Below, piece after piece: positions 28,245 to 37,300 of a DNA stretch of 64,000 nt; the stretch's first letter is position 1, and every line of letters begins with the position of its first letter. A model generated the notes under the pieces. That model had not been told where the DNA came from and ran no database searches. It was given only the letters and a program-made list of their open reading frames with translations. The DNA lies in assembly GCA_014729135.1 (NCBI GenBank), contig WJKK01000001.1, positions 455,599-519,598 on the forward strand. The letters run 5' to 3'. This stretch comes from a candidate division WWE3 bacterium. Lineage in GTDB: Bacteria; Patescibacteriota; WWE3; UBA101185; UBA10185. Both the position numbers and the translations under genes were made by a program.

Positions 28245-31139
28245 ATGAGTTTGGAAATGGTTTTTGCAATTTTAATATTTGTTACTTCGTTGATTCTGAT
28301 TGTTTGGGACAAGAAACTTTCTATTTATATTTTGCTGATTCTATCTGTTCTTTTGCATAAAGAGCTTTTTAGCATTTATCGATGGAATCTGCTGCCGGTG
28401 CGAATTTTCATGTTCGCCTTTTTAGTATGGGCGGTTTACGAATTTACAAACTGGCTTTTTTACAATCGCAACTTTAAGGTGCTGTGGAATTACTTAAGAA
28501 AGCCTTTTATTGTGCTTTTAACAAGTATGTGGCTAATTCGCGGAGTCTCCATTATTTTCACTAAAAATCTATTTAGCAGTGTTACGCTTTTTGGCTTTTT
28601 TACTACAATGGTGGCTTTGGGTGTCTTTTTATATTTTCAACTAAAAGATAAGCCCGAGGAGGTTTTGGATTATCTTAAATTTTATATTCATGTGGTTTTT
28701 GCGCTTTGTTTATTTGCCTATTTACAGGCCTTTTTATATTTGCGCTATGAAATTATTATTGGGGCTTTATGGAATATTCCGGGAAAGTTCCCGCGTTTGG
28801 GGGCAATCTTTTGGGATGTAAATCATTTTGGAGGTTTGTTAGCTGCCTTGTTGCCTGTCTTAGGAGTTTTTATTCTTATTGCTAAATCCTGGAAAAAGCG
28901 TATTTGGTATTCATTTATGTTTTTGTCTATGACAGGTGTTTTGTTCTTGACTAACTCGCGCACTTCCTGGATTTTAGGCTTTGTAGCTTTTGTGGTGTTT
29001 TTAGGAATTCTTTTGTTTAGGCGTTTTGGAACAAAAGGTATTTTAGCTATTATGGCTGTTTTGATGTTAATTTCCTCCTTGGTTTTTGCTGAATACATGG
29101 ATAAGGATAGCCCCTTTCGCAAGCGCGTAAAGGATTTTTTCCACTATCGCATTGATTCTTTTGCTTCTCATATGATGCTTTTGGAGGGTTCTTATGAAAT
29201 TTTTGAGGAATATCCTGTTTTAGGTGGTGGTTATGGCGGCTTTTTTGAACACTTCTCTAAGACGGATGTAGCAGCTCGTTATTTCGGGAGGGACCCCGCT
29301 GCTCTTAACACCCGTGTTCCTGCGCATACAATTTGGGGAGAGGCTATTGCAGAAACCGGAGTCTTAGGCCTTGTATCTTTCGTCTTATTTGTAGGGTTGA
29401 TTTTAACTACGCTTTTATATCTTGCTTTAAATGGAGCTTCAACTGATTCGGTTTTAATTTCAGCAGCTATGTTTTCCGCTGTTCTGGGATGGTTGGTAGC
29501 CGGGACTTTTTATTCTTACAACAGTGAATTTTTCTTTATTGTTTTGTTTTTGTACTTCATTTATGCCGTTTCTGTTCTAGGAGAGGATTATGACGTTAAT
29601 CGCATCCTAGGCTTTTTTGGAAAGTTGGGTAAATTGCCTTTTCTTCTAGTGGGTGTCTCAAGCATTGTTTTAATCTTGTTTAGTTTAGGTAAAAACCATC
29701 TTATCCCTTGGGATGAGGCAATTTATGCCGGTATTGCCAAAAACATGGTTAAAAGTGGAGAGTATTTGATTCAGCAATGGCATAATCTTGATGTTTGGTA
29801 CGAGAAACCTCCTTTGTATATGTGGTTAATGGCAGGATTAATGCGTGTTTTTGGATTTTCTTCTTTGGCTGCACGTTTGCCCTCCGCTTTGTTTGGAGTG
29901 GGTATTGTTTTATCGGTGTATGCTTTTGCTAAGAAGTACTTTGGTAAGGTGGTTGGATTTTTTGCCTCTTTGGTGCTTTTAACAACTGTTCACTTTTTGT
30001 ATTACTCTCGCGCAGCAATGCTGGATGTTACTACGACTTTTTTTATTTCTGTTTCTCTGTTTTTATATTTTTCTGCTCGGAGTCGCTTGCTTTCTGTCGA
30101 AGGTTTAAAAGGCTTGTTAAAAGACATGGGCACTGTTTCGAGCTCTGACAAAAAGCTTAAAGCGCAATTTCCTTTCCGCTGGATTTTTTCCGGAGCTTTT
30201 GTAGGTTTAGCAGTTATGACCAAGGGAGTTGTGGGCTTTCTACCCCTGCCCGTTATGGCGTTGTATGAGCTTTACCTGTTAATTACTAAGCAATCCAATT
30301 TAAGTTGGAAACTTGTTTCTCGTTATGCATTCTTATTTGTAGCTGCTTGCCTAGTATTTTTACCCTGGCATGTTTACATGTATTTCCGCTTTGGCCCCGC
30401 CTTTATACAAAATTACATCGGTTATCACGTTTTAGATCGGGCTATGACCGCTATAGAGGATAAGGGGCGTCCTTTTTGGTGGTATACGGTCGTTTTAAAG
30501 GTAAGTATGCGCATCTGGTTTTTAGTGCTTATTCCGGCTTTGGTTTTTGCTGTTGTACGTGTTTTTAGACGTGATAACCGCATTGTATTTTTAAGCCTCT
30601 GGGCAGTTTTTGTATTTTTGTTTTTCTCTGCAGCCAAATCCAAATTGATCTGGTACATTATGCCTTTGTATCCTGCTTTGGCTTTATTAATTGGAGCCTT
30701 TGTTAAGCAGGCCTTAGATTTTATTTTTTCATTTTCCTTAAAACTTGATACTCCTTTGAATAGATTTCTGGTTTACTTTTTTATTGCTGTAGGAGCTGTT
30801 TTTTACCTGTTTTTAAATAAGGAATTGGTTTATACTTCTGACTTAACAGAGGAGCAGGCGCGTTTGCTGATGTTAAAGGATGAGGTTTATGGAGTGGATG
30901 CTAAGGTTTATGCAGATCGTATAGAGCTGCCTTTAGTTTTGTATTATACGGAGGGTCCCTTTGAGATTGTTGATTTTGGGCCTTTAAAGAGGACTCTAGA
31001 AAGTGCTCCTCTGAATGTAGAGATAGTTTTTATTACCAAGGAGAGTCGTTTTCGCGCTTTTAAAGAGATTCATCCATCTTTAAGGCTGGATATGCAAATT
31101 AACGAATGGGTTTTAGGTTCTCTTCCCGCTAGTCGCTAA
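28245..31139 (+). CDS. 964-aa fusion: O-antigen-ligase/Wzy_C-like polytopic domain + GT39/GT83 (ArnT/PMT)-like GT-C domain
   Basis: The N-terminal half carries 'FLTNSRTSWILGF' and many TM helices. The second half starts with 'IPWDEAIYAGIAKNMVKSGEYLIQQWHNLDVWYEKPPLYMWLMA' (ArnT/PMT first-loop motif), followed by further TM helices. Confidence 0.65.
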   Translation: MSLEMVFAILIFVTSLILIVWDKKLSIYILLILSVLLHKELFSIYRWNLLPVRIFMFAFLVWAVYEFTNWLFYNRNFKVLWNYLRKPFIVLLTSMWLIRGVSIIFTKNLFSSVTLFGFFTTMVALGVFLYFQLKDKPEEVLDYLKFYIHVVFALCLFAYLQAFLYLRYEIIIGALWNIPGKFPRLGAIFWDVNHFGGLLAALLPVLGVFILIAKSWKKRIWYSFMFLSMTGVLFLTNSRTSWILGFVAFVVFLGILLFRRFGTKGILAIMAVLMLISSLVFAEYMDKDSPFRKRVKDFFHYRIDSFASHMMLLEGSYEIFEEYPVLGGGYGGFFEHFSKTDVAARYFGRDPAALNTRVPAHTIWGEAIAETGVLGLVSFVLFVGLILTTLLYLALNGASTDSVLISAAMFSAVLGWLVAGTFYSYNSEFFFIVLFLYFIYAVSVLGEDYDVNRILGFFGKLGKLPFLLVGVSSIVLILFSLGKNHLIPWDEAIYAGIAKNMVKSGEYLIQQWHNLDVWYEKPPLYMWLMAGLMRVFGFSSLAARLPSALFGVGIVLSVYAFAKKYFGKVVGFFASLVLLTTVHFLYYSRAAMLDVTTTFFISVSLFLYFSARSRLLSVEGLKGLLKDMGTVSSSDKKLKAQFPFRWIFSGAFVGLAVMTKGVVGFLPLPVMALYELYLLITKQSNLSWKLVSRYAFLFVAACLVFLPWHVYMYFRFGPAFIQNYIGYHVLDRAMTAIEDKGRPFWWYTVVLKVSMRIWFLVLIPALVFAVVRVFRRDNRIVFLSLWAVFVFLFFSAAKSKLIWYIMPLYPALALLIGAFVKQALDFIFSFSLKLDTPLNRFLVYFFIAVGAVFYLFLNKELVYTSDLTEEQARLLMLKDEVYGVDAKVYADRIELPLVLYYTEGPFEIVDFGPLKRTLESAPLNVEIVFITKESRFRAFKEIHPSLRLDMQINEWVLGSLPASR

Positions 31140-31145
31140 CACTTA

Positions 31146-31170
31146 AGGATGATCCTTCATCCTTTCTTTC
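31146..31170 (+). terminator. hairpin GGATGA-tcct-TCATCC + TTTCTTTC after the 964-aa gene. Further AAGGAT/ATCCTT inverted repeats lie up to 31290, giving a convergent terminator region.
   Basis: Inverted repeats read directly from the sequence between two convergent genes. Confidence 0.4.
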
Positions 31171-31276
31171 AGAACATTATCACTAAGCTCAAACCGTACT
31201 TTTTAGCAAGGATTATCTTTGTGTCCGAAGGCACTCATCCTTGTTATCGTGGGTTTTGCTGAGGTTGTTTGAAGGA

Positions 31277-32488
31277 TTATCCTTGGATTTTTGGAAGGGT
31301 TTTTAAGGGAGATTCGTTTTTAGCAAATATAAACACAGCTGTTCCCAGGACAGCAACAATTGAGGCTAAAAGCTGTGCCAAAGCCAGCCCTCTTAATTGC
31401 ATTCCAGGTACCAGAAGTAACACACTTAAAATAAAGGTTCCCAGTTTTAACCCGTTAATCGCCAAAATTTTTCCCGTACTTTCCTCAATAAAAAAATAGT
31501 TTTCCATAAAGGAGGCTACAGCTGCTAAAGCTCCTGCAAAAACCAGAATATTTAAAAGATCCAAAGACGCCTCAAATTGGGGTCCAAAAAAATTCGCAAT
31601 AACAAATTTTGACCCAATAACTCCTAAAACGCCCATAACTAAAAGCAGCATGGCAAGTAACGCTGCCTCATCAAAACTATACTTAAGCTCTTGCTTTTTA
31701 CGCTTTGCATTTTTAGGAAGTAGAACCGAAAAGATTGAAAGTGACAGCAAAGCAAAAACTACCGAAACCTTGTTAGCCAATGCAAAAACTCCCACATCTG
31801 AAAACCCCTGAATTATTTTAGCTATAGCATTTGAAAGAGGTGACCATATTTCCGTAATTGTTTGCGACACTCCCGCAGGCCATGCCTCCAGTAAAAGTTT
31901 CCACGTAGATTTATCAATTTTTAGATTTAATTTTTTCAAGGGATTGTCTTTAAGGACAAGCAAAGCGCCTCCAAAAATAGAAAGCCCAAAAATTGCTGTT
32001 GTTAAAGGAACTGTTGGATTTACAATTCCAAAATAAAACAAGGGAGCTGCTAAGGCTTTTATTAAAGCGGGAAGTGTATACAAGAGAACAAGATAAGTGT
32101 ATTTTTCTTCCTTTTGGTAGAAGGCATATAAGGTGTAGTTAAGCGCATAAGCTAGGACACTTCCCAAGAAGATTAGTATTAAAGCCATGGTTGCCAGTTC
32201 AAGAACGTGCAAGGCGGTAACTCCCAAAATGATTGCCCCTATAAAAAGGGGGATTTTGGCAGGAACAAAGGCTTTCTTTTTAGACGGGTTTAGAATGGAG
32301 CCGGCAACAAAAGTGGAGTTGGTTCCAAAGTCGGTTAAGCGCCCTATGACAACGGTTAAGCTAATAAAAAGTGAGTATTTTCCAAAGTCTTCAACCGGAA
32401 GTGAGTTGGCAACTGCCCAAAGATAAATGAAACCGAGAAGGGCGTTAAACATGTTGCCTACAGCAACAAAGGATATCTTTTTTAACAT
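31277..32488 (-). CDS. Wzx-like polysaccharide/oligosaccharide flippase (MOP superfamily)
   Basis: 403 aa with about 12 TM helices. The N-terminus 'FVAVGNMFNALLGFIYLWAVANSLPVEDFGKYSLFISL' is typical of Wzx/PST flippases. Confidence 0.7.
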   Translation of the reverse strand: MLKKISFVAVGNMFNALLGFIYLWAVANSLPVEDFGKYSLFISLTVVIGRLTDFGTNSTFVAGSILNPSKKKAFVPAKIPLFIGAIILGVTALHVLELATMALILIFLGSVLAYALNYTLYAFYQKEEKYTYLVLLYTLPALIKALAAPLFYFGIVNPTVPLTTAIFGLSIFGGALLVLKDNPLKKLNLKIDKSTWKLLLEAWPAGVSQTITEIWSPLSNAIAKIIQGFSDVGVFALANKVSVVFALLSLSIFSVLLPKNAKRKKQELKYSFDEAALLAMLLLVMGVLGVIGSKFVIANFFGPQFEASLDLLNILVFAGALAAVASFMENYFFIEESTGKILAINGLKLGTFILSVLLLVPGMQLRGLALAQLLASIVAVLGTAVFIFAKNESPLKTLPKIQG

Positions 32489-32556
32489 GTGCTCATCTTA
32501 ACACACTGCTCTTGTGTAAGTTGCTTTTTGTTTCGGCGTAACTGTAAGATTAGATC

Positions 32557-33744
32557 ATGTCCAGAGATACTTCCTCGCTACCTTCTAAAAATTCTCCAAA
32601 ACACCTTCGAGATTTAAAAATAGCACTTGTTTTTGATGATTTAATTCAACAGGGAGGTGCGGAAAAGCTCCTTTTAGCTGTGCATGAAATGTGGCCAAAG
32701 GCTCCTGTTTTTACTTCGCTAGCTTCCAAAGAGTGGCAGGAAAAATGCCGCCAAAAAAACATCTCACTTAAAACCTCCTTTATGCAGGAACTGCCCTTTA
32801 AAAAACAACTTAATCGTTTTTATTCTATTTTAGGTTTGCACATGGTTGCTTTTGAGAGTTTTGATCTTTCCAATTATGATGTGATCCTTTCAATTTCCTC
32901 ACGATATGCTCATGGAATTATTACATCTCCAAATACAAAACATATTTGTTACATGAATTCCCCCTCGCGTCAGTTTTGGCAGTCTCGGGAATATTTCAGC
33001 CAAGAAGGTACTCTTATTAAAAAGTTACAGGGTCTTTTATTACCTTTTTTAAATCATGCACGCCTTTGGGATTACACCGCAGCCCAAAGAGTGGATTATT
33101 TCATTGCTAACTCTCCAATACCACATGCACGAATTAAGAAGCTTTACAAAACAGAGTCCGAAATAGTCTTTCCTTTTTTTGATCCTCCCATGGGTATGGA
33201 TGCTCTATCAAATTTAAGCGCGTCAAAAAACAAAGACGACTACTTTCTAGTGCTAACACGCCTTTCAGCATGGAAACGAGTCGATGTAGCAATTAAAGCC
33301 TGCGGTGCTCTAAAGCACTCCCTGAGAATAATAGGGGAAGGTCCTGCAGAAAAGAAACTTCAGAAACTTGGCTCTACATATGAAAATATTGAATTTCTTG
33401 GCTACGTCTCCGAAAAAGGAAAATGGAAACTTTTAAGAAACTGCAAAGCTTTAATAATGACCCAAAAAGAAGACTTTGGAATAACCGCATTAGAAGCAAT
33501 GTATGCGGGCAAACCTGTTATAGCTTATAAAAAAGGAGGGGCTCAAAGCACAGTTCTTCCCCAAAAAACAGGCGAATTCTTTTCGCAACAAACACCTCAA
33601 TCCCTTAGAGAAGTTCTCCAAAAATTTAACCCTCAAGCCTATAAGTCTCAAGACTGTAAAGATCAAGCAAATCGCTTTACAAAAGACAAATTCCAAGAAT
33701 CCCTCCAAGAAGCCGTAAATAAGGTATACTTTAATTTACTATGA
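32557..33744 (+). CDS. GT4 glycosyltransferase
   Basis: 'LKIALVFDDLIQQGGAEKLL' N-domain and 'GITALEAMYAGKPVIAYKKGG'. Confidence 0.75.
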   Translation: MSRDTSSLPSKNSPKHLRDLKIALVFDDLIQQGGAEKLLLAVHEMWPKAPVFTSLASKEWQEKCRQKNISLKTSFMQELPFKKQLNRFYSILGLHMVAFESFDLSNYDVILSISSRYAHGIITSPNTKHICYMNSPSRQFWQSREYFSQEGTLIKKLQGLLLPFLNHARLWDYTAAQRVDYFIANSPIPHARIKKLYKTESEIVFPFFDPPMGMDALSNLSASKNKDDYFLVLTRLSAWKRVDVAIKACGALKHSLRIIGEGPAEKKLQKLGSTYENIEFLGYVSEKGKWKLLRNCKALIMTQKEDFGITALEAMYAGKPVIAYKKGGAQSTVLPQKTGEFFSQQTPQSLREVLQKFNPQAYKSQDCKDQANRFTKDKFQESLQEAVNKVYFNLL

Positions 33745-34382
33745 AATTTTACGACGTGGGTAAACGACTCATGGATTTGATAGGCTCAATTATTGCACTC
33801 ATTCTTTTTTGGCCAATTATGGTCATTACGGCAATTCATATAAAGCGTGTCTCTAAGGATGGCCCGGTTTTAGCCGATATTCCCAAGCGCCAAGGCAAGG
33901 ATGGCAAAAAATTCACCTTTTATAAATTTCGCTCCATGATTCCCAATGCAACGCAATGGCTTTATGATCATCCGGAGTTTCACGAAAAGTATAAAAACAA
34001 TAACTACAAAATAGCAGCTGAGGAAGATCCGCGAATAATTAAAGGGGGGATTTTTATGCGTAAATACAGCATCGATGAGCTTCCTCAATTTTTAAATGTG
34101 CTTAAAGGGGATATGAGTATAGTTGGTCCGCGTGCTTATTATCCGTACGAAATAAAGGAGCAGTTGGAAAAGCATCCCGAGGCTAGACAACACGTAGAAG
34201 CTTTAGCAACAGTGAAGCCGGGAATTACAGGTCCTTGGCAAGTAAGCGGTCGTTCAGAAATTGGTTTTATGGAGCGTGTTAAAATGGACGCTGAATATGC
34301 AAAAAAGCGTTCACTATTGTATGATTTAGGGGTGATCTTAAAAACGCCCTACGTAGTTATTACAAAGAAAGGAGCTGAGTAA
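33741..34382 (+). CDS. small monotopic polyprenyl-phosphate phosphoglycosyl transferase (PglC/WbaP C-terminal type), the initiating enzyme
   Basis: 'KRLMDLIGSIIALILFWPIMV', 'YKFRSM' and 'DELPQFLNVLKGDMSIVGPRA'. Confidence 0.85.
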   Translation: MKFYDVGKRLMDLIGSIIALILFWPIMVITAIHIKRVSKDGPVLADIPKRQGKDGKKFTFYKFRSMIPNATQWLYDHPEFHEKYKNNNYKIAAEEDPRIIKGGIFMRKYSIDELPQFLNVLKGDMSIVGPRAYYPYEIKEQLEKHPEARQHVEALATVKPGITGPWQVSGRSEIGFMERVKMDAEYAKKRSLLYDLGVILKTPYVVITKKGAE

Positions 34383-34391
34383 TCAGTAATC

Positions 34392-36488
34392 ATGGCAGCA
34401 ACTAAATTTTGGAATCCCGGTAAAGGTAATAAGTTAGGACAGAAGTTTTCAGGAAAGGATCGTAAGCGTCAAAAGGCTGAGGGTCTTAAGGATTTATCGG
34501 CGGATGCTTCTACTGAGGCTTCCGGTGACGCAGGTGCTTCTTCGGTTAAGCCTGCGAAAGGTTTTAAAAATATGAAAAAAGGTAAATTTAGTGGAGCAAA
34601 GAATATGAAAAAGGTTAAAAATGGTAAAAAGGTAGGTAAAGCTGCCTTAAAACTTTCAGGTGGAGTAGTGGTTTTGTTGGCAGTTGTGGCACTGGCAGGT
34701 TACTTTTTTGTGGTGCGGCCTGCTACTAAGGTTTTGGCAAAGACTGCTGCGTTAAAGCGAGATGCACAGTTAATTAGCGAAGGCTTTGTTGGGCGGGATT
34801 TGGTTCAAGTGTCCGAGGGTTTAGATAAGATGGAAAATGATATGCACGAACTTGAGAAGGCGCGTGATGAGAATTTAGGTTGGCTTTCTAAGTTTGGTCC
34901 TACTAAGCCTTATTATCAAGACTCTGAAAGTTTCTTTAAAGCGGGGGAGCATTTAATTGCAGCCGGTAGAGAGGCTGTTGTTTTGTCAGAGCCTTTTGCG
35001 GATGCTGTTGGTTTACGCGTTTCTTCTGATGAGGAAGTAGTAGAGCAAAGTTTAATGGATGCTTTTTCCAGCTGGGTTTCGGTTATGCCTAAAATTGCCG
35101 AAGACTCCGATGAGATTATTAGCCAGCTTTCCATGGCCGGTGAGGCGTTAGAACGGGTGGATCCTTCGCGCTATCCTAAAGAGATTCGCGGTATGGAAAT
35201 TCGTTCTAATATTAAGCGTGGGCAATCGGTTTTAACTCAGCTAAATGAAGCTGCTCCCGATGTTAAGAAGGCTTTAACTTTAATTCCGGTTTTGCTAGGT
35301 ACGGAAGGCGAGGAAATCCGTTATATGATTATTATGCAAAACGATAAGGAAATTCGCCCTACAGGAGGTTTCTGGACTAACTATGCTACTTTTAAAGTTA
35401 AAAATGCCCTTTTAACTTCTGATTTTACTTCTAAGGATATGTACAGCATTGACTTGGCCTTAGAATCCATTGACTCCTATTATGACTTTCCCGATGCTCC
35501 TGCGCCTTACACAAAATATCTAAAAGTAGAGCATCTGTTTGCTCGTGACACTAACACCTCCCCCGATTATCCCACCTCTATAGCAAATTTTATGGAGTTT
35601 TATGACATGGGTATGAAGGTAGTTCCTTCTGAAATCAAGCCGGTAAGTGGTGTTTTTGCTATTGATACAAATGTTTTGGCTGAAATTATGGAGATTACCG
35701 GACCTGTTACTGTGAATGGGGTTACTTATGATTCAGACAATGTAGTTTTGGAGCTAGAGAGAATTGCTAGTTTAACTTTAGCCCAGCAGTCCGGTCGTAA
35801 GCGTGTTTTGGGATATTTAATGGAGGCTATGCTTATTAACCTTTTTGAATCTGATAAGAATCTTTGGCCAAAGCTAATTGAAAAAGGTGTGGATTTAGCT
35901 GTTAGAAAGCATGTTTTGGTTTACTTGGATGATTCCGAGGCGCAGGCTTTAGTAGAAAAGTACAATTTGGGAGGCACTATTCGTGAAGATGTTGAAGGGG
36001 ATTATGCCTATGTTGTGCAGACTAATTTGGGAGGGGATAAGACTAACTGGTTTGTTGAGAAAGATGTAACCCACAATTTGAGTCAAGAGGGTAATCGTTG
36101 GGTTAAGACGGTTTCTGTGACCTATTCTTATCCGGAGCCTTCCGGTGAGTATGCTGCTTTTGTTAAGCGTTTTGCGGATTGGACTCGTTTGTATGTTCCT
36201 TCAGGGAGTGAGTTGATTGCTAAAGAAGGCTTTGAGGATGAGTTTGGAGGAGGTTCTGAAAGCGGTAAGGATTACTTTGATGGTTATTTAACGCTTGGTC
36301 CGGGAGAAACAAAGACGGTGACTTTTAAGTATTATCTTCCGGAGGGTGTGATAGTTGAAGGTGCCCCTTATAAGTTTTTGATTCAGAAGCAGCCGGGAAT
36401 TGTTAGCGAAGATCATTTTATTGAGATTGGCGGAGAGACTACGGAGGTTGAGTTGACGAAGGATTTTGAGTTTACAAAAGTTCTCTAA
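34392..36488 (+). CDS. 698-aa type-II membrane-anchored exported protein with a lysine-rich cytoplasmic tail (DUF4012-like?)
   Basis: ~95-aa K/G-rich N-terminus, one TM helix 'VVVLLAVVALAGYFFVV', then a ~590-aa extracytoplasmic domain. The family assignment is tentative. Confidence 0.5.
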   Translation: MAATKFWNPGKGNKLGQKFSGKDRKRQKAEGLKDLSADASTEASGDAGASSVKPAKGFKNMKKGKFSGAKNMKKVKNGKKVGKAALKLSGGVVVLLAVVALAGYFFVVRPATKVLAKTAALKRDAQLISEGFVGRDLVQVSEGLDKMENDMHELEKARDENLGWLSKFGPTKPYYQDSESFFKAGEHLIAAGREAVVLSEPFADAVGLRVSSDEEVVEQSLMDAFSSWVSVMPKIAEDSDEIISQLSMAGEALERVDPSRYPKEIRGMEIRSNIKRGQSVLTQLNEAAPDVKKALTLIPVLLGTEGEEIRYMIIMQNDKEIRPTGGFWTNYATFKVKNALLTSDFTSKDMYSIDLALESIDSYYDFPDAPAPYTKYLKVEHLFARDTNTSPDYPTSIANFMEFYDMGMKVVPSEIKPVSGVFAIDTNVLAEIMEITGPVTVNGVTYDSDNVVLELERIASLTLAQQSGRKRVLGYLMEAMLINLFESDKNLWPKLIEKGVDLAVRKHVLVYLDDSEAQALVEKYNLGGTIREDVEGDYAYVVQTNLGGDKTNWFVEKDVTHNLSQEGNRWVKTVSVTYSYPEPSGEYAAFVKRFADWTRLYVPSGSELIAKEGFEDEFGGGSESGKDYFDGYLTLGPGETKTVTFKYYLPEGVIVEGAPYKFLIQKQPGIVSEDHFIEIGGETTEVELTKDFEFTKVL

Positions 36489-36547
36489 CTTTTTCAGGTT
36501 TTGTTAGGTTCAGAAGCAGTTTACCTCAATAATCTATAATAAGGGAA

Positions 36548-37258
36548 ATGGCCTACCAAGACAGACGTTGCTTTGTACTCAAATCCGTTAACTACAAAGA
36601 CGCCGACAAAATATTTACACTTTATTCCGATAAAGACGGTAGAATTAGTGCCTCAGCTAGAGGTGTTCGCAAAATCAGTTCCAAAAGAGCCGGCAGCCTA
36701 GACCGTTTAAATCTTGTTAAATTAAGCTACTATCAAGGCGCCTCCGGATACAAAACTATAACTGAAGTTACAGGAGTTTTCTCTTTTCGCCATCTCAAAT
36801 CGAATCCTGATAAAGTTAAAATTTCATATCAAATTATAGAAGTCTTGTTGAAAACTTTAGAAGAAGATGCTCCCGATAGGCGTTTATTTAACCTTTTAGA
36901 GCGTACTTTTTTGCTGTTGGATACTGATGCGGTTTATGCGCAGGCAGTTTTAGGTTATTTTTTGCTTAATTTTATGGAAATTTTGGGCTATAAACTTTCT
37001 TTAGCGGGTTGTGTTTTATGTGGTCATCGCCTATCTAAGGAGTGGGGAAGTGCTGCTTTTAATTACGATAAAGGGGGTTTAGTTTGTTCCAATTGCAAGA
37101 CGTTTGAACCTGCTTTGGAGTTGAAGTCAGCTGCTTTAATGGCTAAGTTAAAGGATTTAGCTGAAGTAGATTTCAGGTTTTTTCAAAAGGAGACGGTTTA
37201 TTTGCACAGTTTAATGGATGTTTTGCATCAGTATGTTCGTTTTAAGCTGGAAGGGTAG
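36548..37258 (+). CDS. recO: DNA repair protein RecO
   Basis: OB-fold N-terminus, then a zinc-finger 'CVLCGH...CSNCK'. 236 aa. Confidence 0.8.
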   Translation: MAYQDRRCFVLKSVNYKDADKIFTLYSDKDGRISASARGVRKISSKRAGSLDRLNLVKLSYYQGASGYKTITEVTGVFSFRHLKSNPDKVKISYQIIEVLLKTLEEDAPDRRLFNLLERTFLLLDTDAVYAQAVLGYFLLNFMEILGYKLSLAGCVLCGHRLSKEWGSAAFNYDKGGLVCSNCKTFEPALELKSAALMAKLKDLAEVDFRFFQKETVYLHSLMDVLHQYVRFKLEG

Positions 37259-37300
37259 GGGTTAAACTCTCTCCCTAAAACCATGTGATATACTGTTTCC

